NCBI GenBank assembly: GCA_004431415.1
Contig: QPMI01000134.1
Location: 46,871 to 110,870 of the forward strand
Source of the DNA: Cyanophora paradoxa CCMP329
Taxonomy: Eukaryota > Plantae > Glaucophyta
Direction of reading: 5' to 3'
DNA length: 64,000 nucleotides
A program made the position numbers and the translations under genes. Under the pieces are notes generated by a model that was not told where the DNA came from, made no database searches, and saw nothing but the letters and a program-made list of their open reading frames with translations. The first letter of the stretch is position 1; every line of letters begins with the position of its first letter. Positions 48,961 to 60,470 of the stretch are shown here, piece by piece.

Positions 48961-50947
48961 ATGCAGCTCTGCGCTCGAGCGAAGCGAAAGAACGAGCGCG
49001 CTTCAGCTAGCACTTCGTCCGATGACGGGAGAGACTTCTTCGCAATGCTCCCCGACGATCTTGTCGTGCGCATATTTAGCCACGTGGAAGCTATGGAGGC
49101 ATACGATACGTGTCAGCTCTGGCGCTTGAATCGGCGCCTTGGCCGTCTCGTCCGAGACGTGCTGTGGGAACGGCTGCAAATTGACGTAGACATCTTGTGC
49201 GAGCGTACCGCGCCCGCCGCGGAGAGCAAATTGTCTTCTTTTTATAGCACAAACGCAGCGCCGTGGCGTGCACGTCCGCACGCGAGCGCGGTTTCGGACG
49301 AACAGCGGATCGTAAAAGCCCTTTCCCGGCAGCACAATCGAATAGTGGCACTCGTGGAGACCCGAATGTTTGCTGGATGTAGGCGGCTCGAGATATATGA
49401 CGTTCTGGGCTCAGCCGTCATGAACGTTAATCCTCGGTGGTGTCCGTGTATAATGGCAGAGTCTGCCGCAGAGTCGTATGTTCGCCTCATACAGAGTGCG
49501 TCACGAGCGCAATCAATTCATCTCCGTTGCCTGACCGTTGAATGGCAGAAATTATTTCAGCTTTGACGAAGCCCCCCGCAAGCGGCCCTGAGGAATTGTT
49601 CTTCGGTGCAGGCCTCCTAGGATATTGCGGGCAAACTGAATTCCCCGAGAGTTTGGAGTTGCAATCGATTTCCTGTCGTCGGTCACCAGTTCTCCCGTCC
49701 GTACGTTACGGGTCGGCTCAGAACGTCTTTTGCAAGATATCGTGGATGCAGCTGTTCCAGGCTGCGTTCCCACTCTGGAGGATATCAGCGCTGTGATTCC
49801 TCCGGAATTGCATGGAATAGAAATTGCGAATTTCATGGATGCCGCTCTTACCGTGAGCATTATTATAATCGAAAAATGATAATGCTCAGATGCAGTCTAA
49901 TTTCAGAATGCGCAGGAGAAAATGGCACGTTTGTGGCCAGCGCTGCAGCGGCTTCACAGCGGGTTTCGTGGAGGGGAATCCCTGCTAGCACTACTGCCGC
50001 TCCCCTTGACGGACTTAAAAGCGACCATTTGTGGAGCACACAACGCTGCTGAGGCGCAATCCGTTGATAAGGCGCTCGAGGCTCTTAAGCCCAGTATTTT
50101 GAAGTCACTGAGATTCGCTTGCAACACGTATGATGAAATCGTTCTCGGAGCAGCAAGCCCACGTACGATTGCTTCTATTCTTCGTTTTTTGAATCTTTCA
50201 GAGTTGGATATTACGGTCCGTTTGCTGCGAGAAGTATTTGATTTGCGAGATGCTTACTCCTCTCAGGTTTCCGAGAACTCCGGTTTTGGTTTGGCGGAGC
50301 TGGGCGCACTTACAAGACTTCGGAGTATGAGACTCACGTGCGAGTTTAACGTGCGTAATGGTTGTTGCTGGGCAGTTTTTTGGAAGATTCTTGACGTACA
50401 CCGCGATCACAGACCGCTTTGGATTCGAATTCTGGAGCGGGTGTTCTCCGATCCGCTACTACGGGGTTTAGATCGAGTTCATCTCTCAAGTCCCTGGAGA
50501 TCGTAATGAGGATATCCATGCATACGCGCGACGACCACATAATATCAACAACTCTTGAAGACGTCATCCTCGCGTCGCAGCAGTTTTTAACAAAGCTAAC
50601 GACGGTCAACGTTCCGCCGTGGTACCTGCAGGTATGTTTTACTTGGTGCTGATCTCGACTGGCGATTTCACAACGTGTTGCACGCGCAGGCAGCCGTTTC
50701 ATCTCCGAAACTCGAATCTCTAAGTGTCAAATACCCATGGCAAGACGGGACATTGGCACGCCTTTCTGCACTCTCGGCGTTGCGGGGGATTTCGAAAGAA
50801 AGAGCAAGACAGTTTGAGGTCTCTTTGGTCGTGTCCAAGGAGCTTGTGGAGTCAGCGCGTCGTGCTGTGTCATCCTGGGTTGAAGGGCGTTTTACCGTAA
50901 GCGTTGGCGACTATCCTAGCACGCTGTTAATTCAATATCTCGCATAA
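48961..50947 (+). pseudogene. F-box protein with an LRR-like C-terminal region, spliced, probably frameshifted
   Basis: DFFAMLPDDLVVRIFSHV..LWRLNRRLGRLVRDVLW F-box motif. Later pieces WPALQRL, LNLSELDI, LTRLRSMRL and PKLESLSV are LRR-like. Confidence 0.8.
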
Positions 50948-51112
50948 TTTCAATATCTCTCATGAGAAAGACGCTCTTCCCGTGCACTTCCTTAGTTCCC
51001 GGAAATGAAAGCTTGGTCGCGGGCACTGAAAGCTTGGCAGGGGTTGCTCATGCAGTTGGCGACTATCCTAGGACGCTGTAAATTCAATATCTCTCACGCG
51101 AAAGAGGCTCGA

Positions 51113-51980
51113 GAATGGGTCCGTCTTGCTTACGTTTTGGCATCAATGTGGATATTCATGCATTTCTTTGTATTTCAAAAGGTTTCTCGTTTGCGGACAT
51201 TTTTAACATCTCAAGGCGAGATCTCCTCCTCGAGAATGGAAGGCCAGACGAGCCTCTGCTCCGCTCTAGGGTGCTTTCAAACATGATTAGCATCTTGACT
51301 AACAGAAAAAGAAAGATAAATGTTCGCCCGGCACTCCTCCCCGGAAATGATGGCTCGGTCACTGGGTGGGGCATCGGACCTCGTCCTCGAGAATGGAAGG
51401 CCAGACGAGCCTCTGCTCCGCTCTAGGGTGCTTTCGAACATGATTAGCATCTTGACTAACAGAAAAAGAAAGATAAATGTTCGCCCGGCACTCCTCCCGG
51501 AAATGATGGCTCGGTCACTGGGTGGGCATCGGACCTCGTCCTCGAGAATGGAAGGCCAGACGAGCCTCTGCTCCGCTCTAGGGTGCTTTCGAACATGATT
51601 AGCATCTTGACTAACAGAAAAAGAAAGATAAATGTTCGCCCGGCACTCTTCCCCGGAAATGATGGCTCGGTCACTGGGTCGGGCATCGGACCTCGTCCTC
51701 GAGAATGGAAGGCCAGACGAGCCTCTGCTCCGCTCTAGGGTGCTTTCGAACATGATTAGCATCTTGACTAACAGAAAAGAAAGATAAATGTTCGCCCGGC
51801 ACTCTTCCCGGAAATGATGGCTCGGTCGCAGAATTCGAAGTCTATTTCCACCCTCAAATAATGGTGGTGGTCGCAGATGCTGGCTCCGGTCGAGAAAACA
51901 GCACTTTGCAATTTCTACACCACATTCTAGAAAGCCCCTGCCCCGCCGTTCGCCCCGCACTCTTCTCGGAAATGATGGCT
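51113..51980. repeat. Inverted copy of the Ulp1 3' flank and the 157-bp array (about 4 units)
   Basis: 51117-51222 is a diverged reverse complement of ~42963-43068. 51222-51830 is the 157-bp unit in reverse. 51885-51920 matches 41963-42000. Confidence 0.92.
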
Positions 51981-52308
51981 CAATTCAATTGAATTCAAAA
52001 GTGTACGTCAGATGTCCCCATTTGCTTCACATCTTTACTGGCCTGCTCCTCTTTCAGGCGCTTGGAAATGTCCCTAAAGAACTCGATGTCGCAGTTGCTG
52101 AGGCGGAGTCCGCAGATGTCGCGAAGCGCTTTATCCACGGACGGATGAAGAGGATCGCGAACGCGGAACCACCAGAACAGAGCTGAAACATGCGCAGCGG
52201 GCTCTTCGCCACTTGAAAGCCTTCGAGGGTGACCATACAGATGTGCTCCCAGAGTCCCCCTGCGCTCATGATCACTGGCTATGTGAAAGCAGAATTTCTC
52301 GGGGTAAA

Positions 52309-52884
52309 TTAAAACAGAAGGCCATGCGCACTGTTCAGGTCCAGAGGCCCCTCCCCCTCCGACGGCAGAGATTCAATCAGGGTGGTGCAGTAATTCGTGT
52401 CCTCACCTTCTCCTTCGAGATCGCTGTCCTCGCCCGATTGGGGGAGGATGTCGAAGGCCCGCGACTGCCGGTGGAGCTTGGCGATCCGAAGCGCCAAATT
52501 AGCGAAGGGCCGAACGTCCATAGGGATTTCGTCCAAAGTGCTGGCACTCTCGATAGCCAGGATGATGGCGCATATGCACAGTGGGGCTGACGGGTTCTCG
52601 ACACAGGTACGACACGGAAGCTCCTTTGGCCGCTCTTCTGCTGCTTCGTCATCGCTGAGAGCTCTTGCGTCGTTCTTGGCGGCTGCAGCCCGCTCCTCAG
52701 CCTTCCGCAGACGTCGATAGATCTCCGCAACCGCTTCCGCTGACGCTTGCCTCTCGAGCTGCCGCCGCGTCGCCTCATCCACGCTGACGTTTTCGGCTGT
52801 GCGCTCCTCGCGCGCGCGCTTCTGCGCACGCGCCGGGCCGCTTTCCTCTGGTTCGAGCGCGCGTTTCTCCTCGCCGCTCTCCAT
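52309..52884 (-). CDS. Hypothetical protein exon, charged coiled-coil plus CxxC-x8-CxC
   Basis: 191-aa ORF of ordinary composition (MESGEEKRALE..PCRTCVENPSAPLCIC..). Family not recognised. Confidence 0.55.
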   Translation of the reverse strand: MESGEEKRALEPEESGPARAQKRAREERTAENVSVDEATRRQLERQASAEAVAEIYRRLRKAEERAAAAKNDARALSDDEAAEERPKELPCRTCVENPSAPLCICAIILAIESASTLDEIPMDVRPFANLALRIAKLHRQSRAFDILPQSGEDSDLEGEGEDTNYCTTLIESLPSEGEGPLDLNSAHGLLF

Positions 52885-54353
52885 TCTCAACGTATGTCAA
52901 CACACGTGTCGCTGCGAATTCGGAGGAGGTCGATTTCTTTGTGCAAGGTTGCAGGGGTACGCTACCTGCAGGGGTACGCTACCTCACAATTTGAAGACTC
53001 CTACAAGCATGAGCTCTGAAGAGCAGGCCAGCATGCCCTTGACTAGACCATGGGAAGGCTCTTTTAACATGGTGGATGTACAGTGCAAACTGTTTTCATT
53101 GCATGCGTATCGGAATTCCGACTTCGATGCGCACGTTCGTAACCTTGGCATGATTGTGTCACCTTACTTGTGCTGACATTTGAATTTCAGCCAGATGCTT
53201 GCAAAAACTCCAATCTAAACTATTTCCGCTCGTACGACACATCAAGTGCTTCAGGTGTAGTTCCATCCGAGTCGAACATTTTTGTGCGGTTTTTCTGCAG
53301 TCGAACTGCAGTGCGAACTGCGGCGAATAACACATCTGTCCATGACAGATTGTTTTCAAAGGCGAGGGAAGTGTCCGCCTTCACGGAAATGTAACCTTTT
53401 ATTTCAAGGATCCTGATTCTGACCCGTATACATGGAGAGGGAACGCAAGGTAAGGAAACTCGTGATTGCGTTTTTCGTTCTTACCCGCACACTCGCAGCT
53501 GGAAACCACACATCCTTTCTCAAGGATCCGCACTGGATGTAGCCGTCCCTGGTTTTACGATGTTTAAATCACCCAAAACAAGCACAAGGGCAGTTATAAC
53601 AATCGGACTGGGAAAACGGAAATTTGAACTTGAGATCAACGTGAGAACAAGTTCGTTCTGGTTTGAATTTTGTACAGTTCTTTTCAATTTGTGACTTTTT
53701 GTCATTAGATCTTCGAAATCTTCCGGAAAATGTGACGTTAGACGACTCTGTGGTCATTTCGTCAACGGTGCGGTTCATTTCACATCATTTCAATACCTGA
53801 CATATGTACAGGCAATGATAAATGCACTTGCCGGAAAAGAGAAGCGCAGACAAGGCTCGACAAAACGTCTTCTTAAATCAATCCCACGAAGCCCATCGAG
53901 CCATGCGGCGCTTATGTTTTCAGCTGTCAAATCTCTTTTTCAAGCTGGCGAGGCGGACGCCCCAGCAGTGCGCTTCCGCGATATATCTACCGGCGAGGAG
54001 GTACTCGCTCCTCTCTTTTTGTTCTGTGTGCTTTCTCACTGTTTTTCAGTGGACGCTCACAAGACAAGCTGGGCAATATACTTTTAGAGTTGGCACGGAT
54101 ACGTCAAAGAGAACCGGCTCTGTTGACATCGAAGAAGAATTAACTGATGAATAGATAGGCAGGCAGAAGATAGGCAGAAAATCGACAGATTGCATTGTTC
54201 AAGCAAGAAAAGTACATTGCCCGGACCGAAACTACGTGCTAGCGCAGCAGGGCCGTGGAGTTGCGTTCGGTGACTGCTGCGTATCCGATATTCCCGTTTT
54301 CCTGGAAAATGTTTAGGACGTTAATTCAAATCCAAAACGACAAAGGAACGAAC

Positions 54354-55072
54354 AGAAGCGTGAGATGGCCAGATCCAGTAAGCCCAACGTTTGAAGGTGT
54401 CTCCGAGGCGCGAAGCGTGTTGTTACCCACCACAGCTCCATCCCTTCGGGACACAGCTTGAGCAGGACGCAAGCACGTTCCACAGCGGATCCGAACGTTT
54501 CGGTAGAAAGCATATAAAATGGCGTAAGTTGAGTGACTTCACCACTGTCGCAGTGGTCGATTTTCAAGGAAACGCTGCGGTTGGATCGTCAAATGAAAAA
54601 CGGTTCTACTGTCAAAACAATTGTTTCGCACTCTTCACAGCCTTTCAACTTTTTTTCCGTTTCGTTATTATGTTCAAGTTCAATCCGGAGTTGCTTGTCT
54701 TCCAGTTTAGCGTCGTCTCGAATTCGCATTTCTGTTGTTGGAGCTCGAGGTGTTTCCGGTGATTTTGCGTTTTTCTTGGTGGGTCCAGATTTGCTGCGAT
54801 TTGTCAATATTTAACATTTACAGTATATATAAAACGAATCCTCGGCTCACAGAAGGGTCAGAAAACCGCGATCAGTAAGGCCGACGTCTGCAGGTGTCTC
54901 CGAACCGCGAAGCGGTTCCTCATCCCACCACAACTCCATTCCCTCCGGACTCGTCTTGAACTCGATGCAAGCACGTTTCACAGCCGATGCGAATGTCTCA
55001 TTAGGAAGCATTATAAACGGCATTATCTGAGCGACAACGCCACCGTCGCAATATTCGATATTAAGGGTAACC
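54354..55072 (-). CDS. Two tandem SUMO-like (Rad60/NIP45 SLD-type) domain exons of a spliced gene
   Basis: Exon 55072-54851 (222 nt) reads VTLNIEYCDG..FIMLPNETFASAVKRAC..ELWWDEEPLRGSETPADVGLTD. Exon 54574-54354 (221 nt, one G missing near 54427) reads VSLKIDHCDS..ETFGSAVERAC..ELWWGNNTLRASETPSNVGLTG. Both align by eye with SUMO (INLKV..DG..F.I..T.L.KLMKAYC..FDGQPI..TDTPAQLEMED) and have no terminal GG. Confidence 0.7.
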
Positions 55073-55109
55073 CTGTACATATTAATTACGAAATGAATCA
55101 CGTTTGCCT

Positions 55110-55470
55110 AAATGATGGAACGTGGCGCACTCTTCCGAGTCTGTCATTTGCAGTTTTGAAGGTTTAAAAACAGGCGTCAACACGTCATCTGAATCATCCT
55201 CCCTGTATACGTACGTACATGCAAGTTACGAATGATGCGCGTTTACATAAATGATGTAAAGTGGCGCACTCTTCTGAGTCTTTCTTTTGCAGTTTTGAAG
55301 GTTTAAAAACAGGCGTCAACACGTCATCTGAATCATCATTCCTGTACATATAAGTTACGATATGATGTGCGTTTGCGAAAATGATGGATCCCGGAACGTG
55401 GCGCACTCTTCCGAGTCTTTCAGCTGCAATTTTTCTTCGAAGGTTTAAAAAGAGGCATCAACACGTCCTT
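55110..55470. repeat. Three diverged ~130-140-bp tandem units upstream of the SUMO-like exons
   Basis: GTGGCGCACTCTTC..GAAGGTTTAAAAA..CAACACGTC occurs three times. Confidence 0.9.
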
Positions 55471-58400
55471 TGCACGCTTAATGCGTTGCAAAAAGTCCTG
55501 CGGCAACGATGTAACTTCTATGTAAGATTCGCACCCAAGCATCAGCCTCCAAAAGGCAGGGTTCGCACCCAAGCATCAGCCTCGCATTTAGTACAATGAC
55601 ACATTTCGGCGGTTTCATCACACACACGTTTCATCGATGTCGGTTTCGCTGGCTCGAATTCAAACTTCGCAGGCGATAGCTCTGTCAGCTTTAACCGTCG
55701 CAACCACGAGCAAGCGTGAATTCGAATGCGTACCGATCGTTCGATTGCAACCGGCGACATCGTGTTTGGAGCTTGCATCGACATCGTTCCCGCGACAAAA
55801 ACAATGTAGTACCCCCGTCGCATTGTACCCTCAGAACTACCGATGTACCCGTTGGGGTCTACTCTCCCCCGATTTGGTTCTCAATGTTTTGTGGATTTCT
55901 AAATGGACATGCGTGCAGCCCCTTTTCAAAGTGTCGCACGGATATCAAGCAATCCTTTCAACACATCATGCGTTCGCAAAGATTGATATTGTCTTCAAAA
56001 CACTCATATCCTCTGCAGAAGATTCATATAGTGAGGTCTCCCACAAAGCGATTGAATTCAGCATCCTCCAGATCAGCGATTTTCGCTGAATAGAAGACGA
56101 TGAATTTCGCGGAACGATTGACAATGAATATTAAAAAACCGCCATACCGCGCAAAGTTGAAATTTCATCTAGCGTTTGCGTCTAACGTCAATGCCCAGGC
56201 CCCAGAGCGTCAAATCAAAACCGCACAGTGCCTTACCGCGCAGAGTTGCGACTTCATCTATTTATGACTCGACGTAAGAAACACACGTTTTGCGACGGAA
56301 TCTGGAATCGTACCACGAAGAGCTCTCTTCTGAGATTGGAGAGCTGCAATCACAGCTGCAATTCACAACCAGAACTGTTTCAAAACGAGAGTCAAGAAGG
56401 TACCGTTCAGGCGTTGAAGTTGCGTATCGGGACCTGAGTTCGCAGCTGTTTGTGACGGTACCGGTCAAACAATATCGTACGAAAGATTCTGGCTTGCGAA
56501 TTTACATTGCAGCCGCTGAAGCTGGGCGACTAACGAAGCATTCTGAGACTGGACACCTGCAAACGTTTAAAACGAAGAAACGTCCATTCTCGGCTGTTCA
56601 ACCTTGCAGCTGCTGAAGTTGGGTGGCCAGGGAAGTGGTATATGCTTGCATCTGCTGAAGTGTGGCGACAAGAGAAGCATTCTCAGACTGAACACCTGCA
56701 CGATGTTTCAGACAAAAGAAAAGGCTTCGGTTGGTGATCTTGCCTTGCAGCGGGCGATCAAGGAAGCATTCTCAGTTTGGACGCCTGGCAATCTTTTTAA
56801 AAAAGCGAAATAATACTCGGAAAAATCTATTCACCCTCCATCTGGTCTTTTGAGTGTCGCAGAAGTTCGTTCTCATCTTCAAGTAATTTATTCCGATTAC
56901 GCATGTTTTGAACCTCCGCCGAAGCGAGGAAATCTCATGATCTGATGAAGAACCTGCATAAGATGGTTATTAATCAACACGTTGCGCGTTTTAAGACGGC
57001 TCTTTGCGCTCACTAGGGTTCATGTGACTGCGTCCATAGGTCGAGGCCCATTCCGACTGGAGAGTTGATGCATTTTGTGGTCGGACAAACGAAATGGGAG
57101 GTGTCGATGTTTCAATTGCTTCGAAATGGGAGTTGTCGATGTTTGAATTGCTTCCGGTTTGTTAAGGTGCAGCGCAAAGCGTGTGTACTGCAGTTTTTGA
57201 ATGCTCATGCATGCAAAACGAATCCAGCTCACCTCCTTCTCACAGAAATCGAGTATGAACCGCCTGCTCTCCTCCGGATACTGTAAACGTTGTGATGAAA
57301 GAAGGGAGTTTGAACGAATAACGAATTACTCACCCTCTTCACAATGATATGAAGAATCGCGGCTCCCGTATCCAGTTCCGAAAAGCGTACTTGAGTCGGG
57401 CGTTTTCCGCCAATTCGGCGTTCCGATTATCATCCTGCAATTTGGGGTTTTCCCACCCAGTCGTGAAGAACTTGTAATTCGTGGGTCTTTTAAACGGTAA
57501 TGACAGAAATTCCGAAGAAGAGCCTCCAGTCCAGACTTAATCCCCTTTCGTCGTATGTCCTTCTCAAGGTGCCGTCAAGTTTCGCTGCGGTTGCTAGATC
57601 GTCGATCTCGATCGCCCGAAGACACGGCCACTGGATGCTTAGAGATGCACGAATCCGATCGAAGTGCTCCGTTCCGTTGCTCCAAACGCCGCAGTAGACG
57701 ATGCTGGGATCGAATATAGGCAGCAACAATGCTCGATGGTCGTCCGACGCGAGGAAGGTATTGTCGATGCATATCTGGACATTGGGTGACGCGATTCCAA
57801 GGAACGCTATTCCTGTTCTTTCGCCAATTTGAAGGCCACTTCGGACAAATGAACAGAATCGTCCGGTCACCGAGCAGAGAGTTTTTCGAATCCAAAAGGA
57901 GGGCACGGATCTTGTTTCCAACCTGATTTGCAGTCATGATCAGCTGCAAACCGTTTTATGTGTGTCGCAAGGCACGGCACACATCTCCAAGTGCGTCGCG
58001 GTCGGTCAACAGCCATTGTGTGCGCATCACTGCAGGAGACACTTCTCTTCGAACGCCGCTTGAGCTCGGCGATGCAAGGCGCTAAAACTTTCGGTCGAGG
58101 TTTCGACCTGCGTATGCATCCAAAAGGTTGGATGCAAGTTACAGCAGTTCGCAAGTTGCGTTCTACATCGCGCGCACCTTTGCGATCCGAGACCGCTTCG
58201 ACCGCCCTCTCGCTCCACAAGTTGCGAGCGGCGAGCCGAATGGAGGGGTACACTGCAGTTCTCGAACCAGGTCGAAGGCATGGGCGGCAAAGAGACTCAT
58301 AAACGCAAATCGACCGGCTGTCAAGGAGATGCCCGTGCCGATCTTCGGGGCCGACGCAGAACCGGCGTGGACGATCCTTCCAAGGTACGCCGGCCCGTGC

Positions 58401-59559
58401 GGCCGTATGCGCAAATGCGTGGACCGATAAGCACCAGGGAAGCACCGGAGATGCAGGGACGAATCAGGAATCAGAGCGTGCGGAGATCCTCCAACTTGCT
58501 CGTCGGTCGTTAGAAATGGCGAACCAAGTTCAAAGCCTGCTGGCGAAGGCATTGGAACGCCAGGCGGCCGCTTGGGCAACTGCACGCGAGATCTTGAACG
58601 ACATGAATCGTTATGTTCAACACCTGAAAGCGATTGCTGAGATGCCAAAAACGATCCGCACGGTTCGCGCCAAGAGCTTCAAGTGCGCCGCCGGCGCCGG
58701 TGCGCAACTAAGTTTGCAGTCCGAGCAGAAACCGTTAAGGAGCAGTCCAACCAGGAGGACAATGGTTCGCACAAGCCCAATCGCAGTCTTGATCTCCGTA
58801 CTTGATTTTGATTGCACTTCTCTCGAGTGCAGTTACGGAACGCACCAGTCCTCAACCGAAAAAGAGACGAGTGCGTCGTCACAAACGCCAATTCTTCGAT
58901 TTCGAGGACAATAGAAGTAACTGCAAGCACTAGTAGGAAACATAACGTACACATATACATGTATGCGCCCGAAGTGGAAGCAGTAAATTTCGAGCTTAGA
59001 AAAATGAAGCCTGGACCTAGGCCTCATGTCTCATGAAACTTGCAGGGCTTGCATGTTGGTTTGAAAGCGAATGATGAGGATGGTTTGCACAAGCCCGCTT
59101 GCAGTCTTAACTCAAGATCTTTCGCTGAACAAAACTATCTTTCATGCAGAATCTGATTGTGAAGGCCTTACCCAATTGGTTGGAGATGGTTCGGATGTTA
59201 CAGCAGAGAGGCTTACTGCATGATCAAGGTTCGCGATAGAGTGGTCAAGTGCGCCGGCGGGACGCACCTCAAATTTCACAACGTGCCTGCGCAGACCTAT
59301 TCCGGACACTGATGAAATGGCTCGACGTTTAGGGCTGAAAGGCAAAAAGCAAGGTTCGCGCTTTTTGGTATTGCTGAGCCTCCATGTAGACCATTCCGTT
59401 TCAGGTAATGATCAAATGGTTCGCACGAGCCACTCGCAAGCGAAAGCTACGGCAACGCCAAAAACGAGCGGAGGAACGGATCGGAACAAGTAGGGAACGG
59501 AGAAAAGAAGTAGGGACTCTCATACAAAGAAAGAATGTTCTTACATGAGGATAATTTGC

Positions 59560-60470
59560 AGAAGCTCGTAGATACATATCTGGACATTGCAAATGATAAC
59601 ATGTTCTGTCCGTCAATCGCTCCATGAGCTTGAAGCTTTCATGAGGCTTGCATTGAAAGGTTAAAAAGGAGTAGATTATGTTCTGAGCGAATCTGACATC
59701 GCTAGTAATAAATGTTCCGTCCGTTAGTCGCTTAATGTTATGAGCGTCGCTGCCGAAGGCTTCATGAGCCTTAAGTCTTCACGAGGCTTTTATTGAAAGG
59801 TTGCTTATCAACTCTTTAAGCATAAAAAGGGAGTAGATTAATTTCTGAAAGATGAGATGGCCCCTCTGGCTTTATATACATATGTTGACATCGCTAGTAA
59901 TAACATGTTCCGTTGACATCATGTTGACATCAGTCGCTTACATGTTATGAGCGTCGCTGCCACAGGCTTCATGAGCCTTAAGCCTTCATGAGGCTTTATA
60001 ATTATTGAAAGGTTGCTATAAACTCTTTTAGCATCCTCTGGCTTTAGATACATATCTTGACATCGAGTAATAAGATGTTCCGTCCGTCAGTCGCTAACAT
60101 GTTATGACCGTCGCCGCGGAAGGCTTCATGAGCTTAAGCTTCATGAGCTTTTATTGAAGGTTGCTGATGTTTAAAATCTTTAAGCATAAAAAGGAAGTAG
60201 ATTCTTTTCTGAATGATGATATGGCCCCTCTGGCTTCAGATAATATCTTGACATCGCTAGTATAACATGTTCGTCCGTCAGTCGCTTACATGTTATGAGC
60301 GTCGCTGCCGAAGGCTTCAGGAGCCTTAAGCCTTCATGAGGCTTCTATTGAAAGATTGATTATAAACTCTTTAATCATAAAAAGGCAGTAGATTCTTTCT
60401 GAAAGATGATCTGGCCCTTCTAGATCTGGCTTACATACATAAAAGGAGTATATTCTTTTCTGAAAGATTA
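59560..60470. repeat. About five diverged ~180-bp tandem units with twin TCATGA-centred palindromes
   Basis: AGGCTTCATGAGCCT-T-AAGCCTTCATGAGGCTT (59964-59996) and variants recur, with GACATCGCTAGTAATAA and AAAAAGGAGTAGATT. Confidence 0.9.

Noticed and set aside
51268-51305. 157-bp unit as an exon-intron repeat (GTGCTT..GACTAACAG)
   Set aside because: Removing the 35-nt candidate intron leaves 122 nt, which breaks the frame in tandem units.
55600-59400. Transposase of the large element
   Set aside because: Only stop-interrupted fragments with no DDE or Tnp2 motifs that I could recognise.
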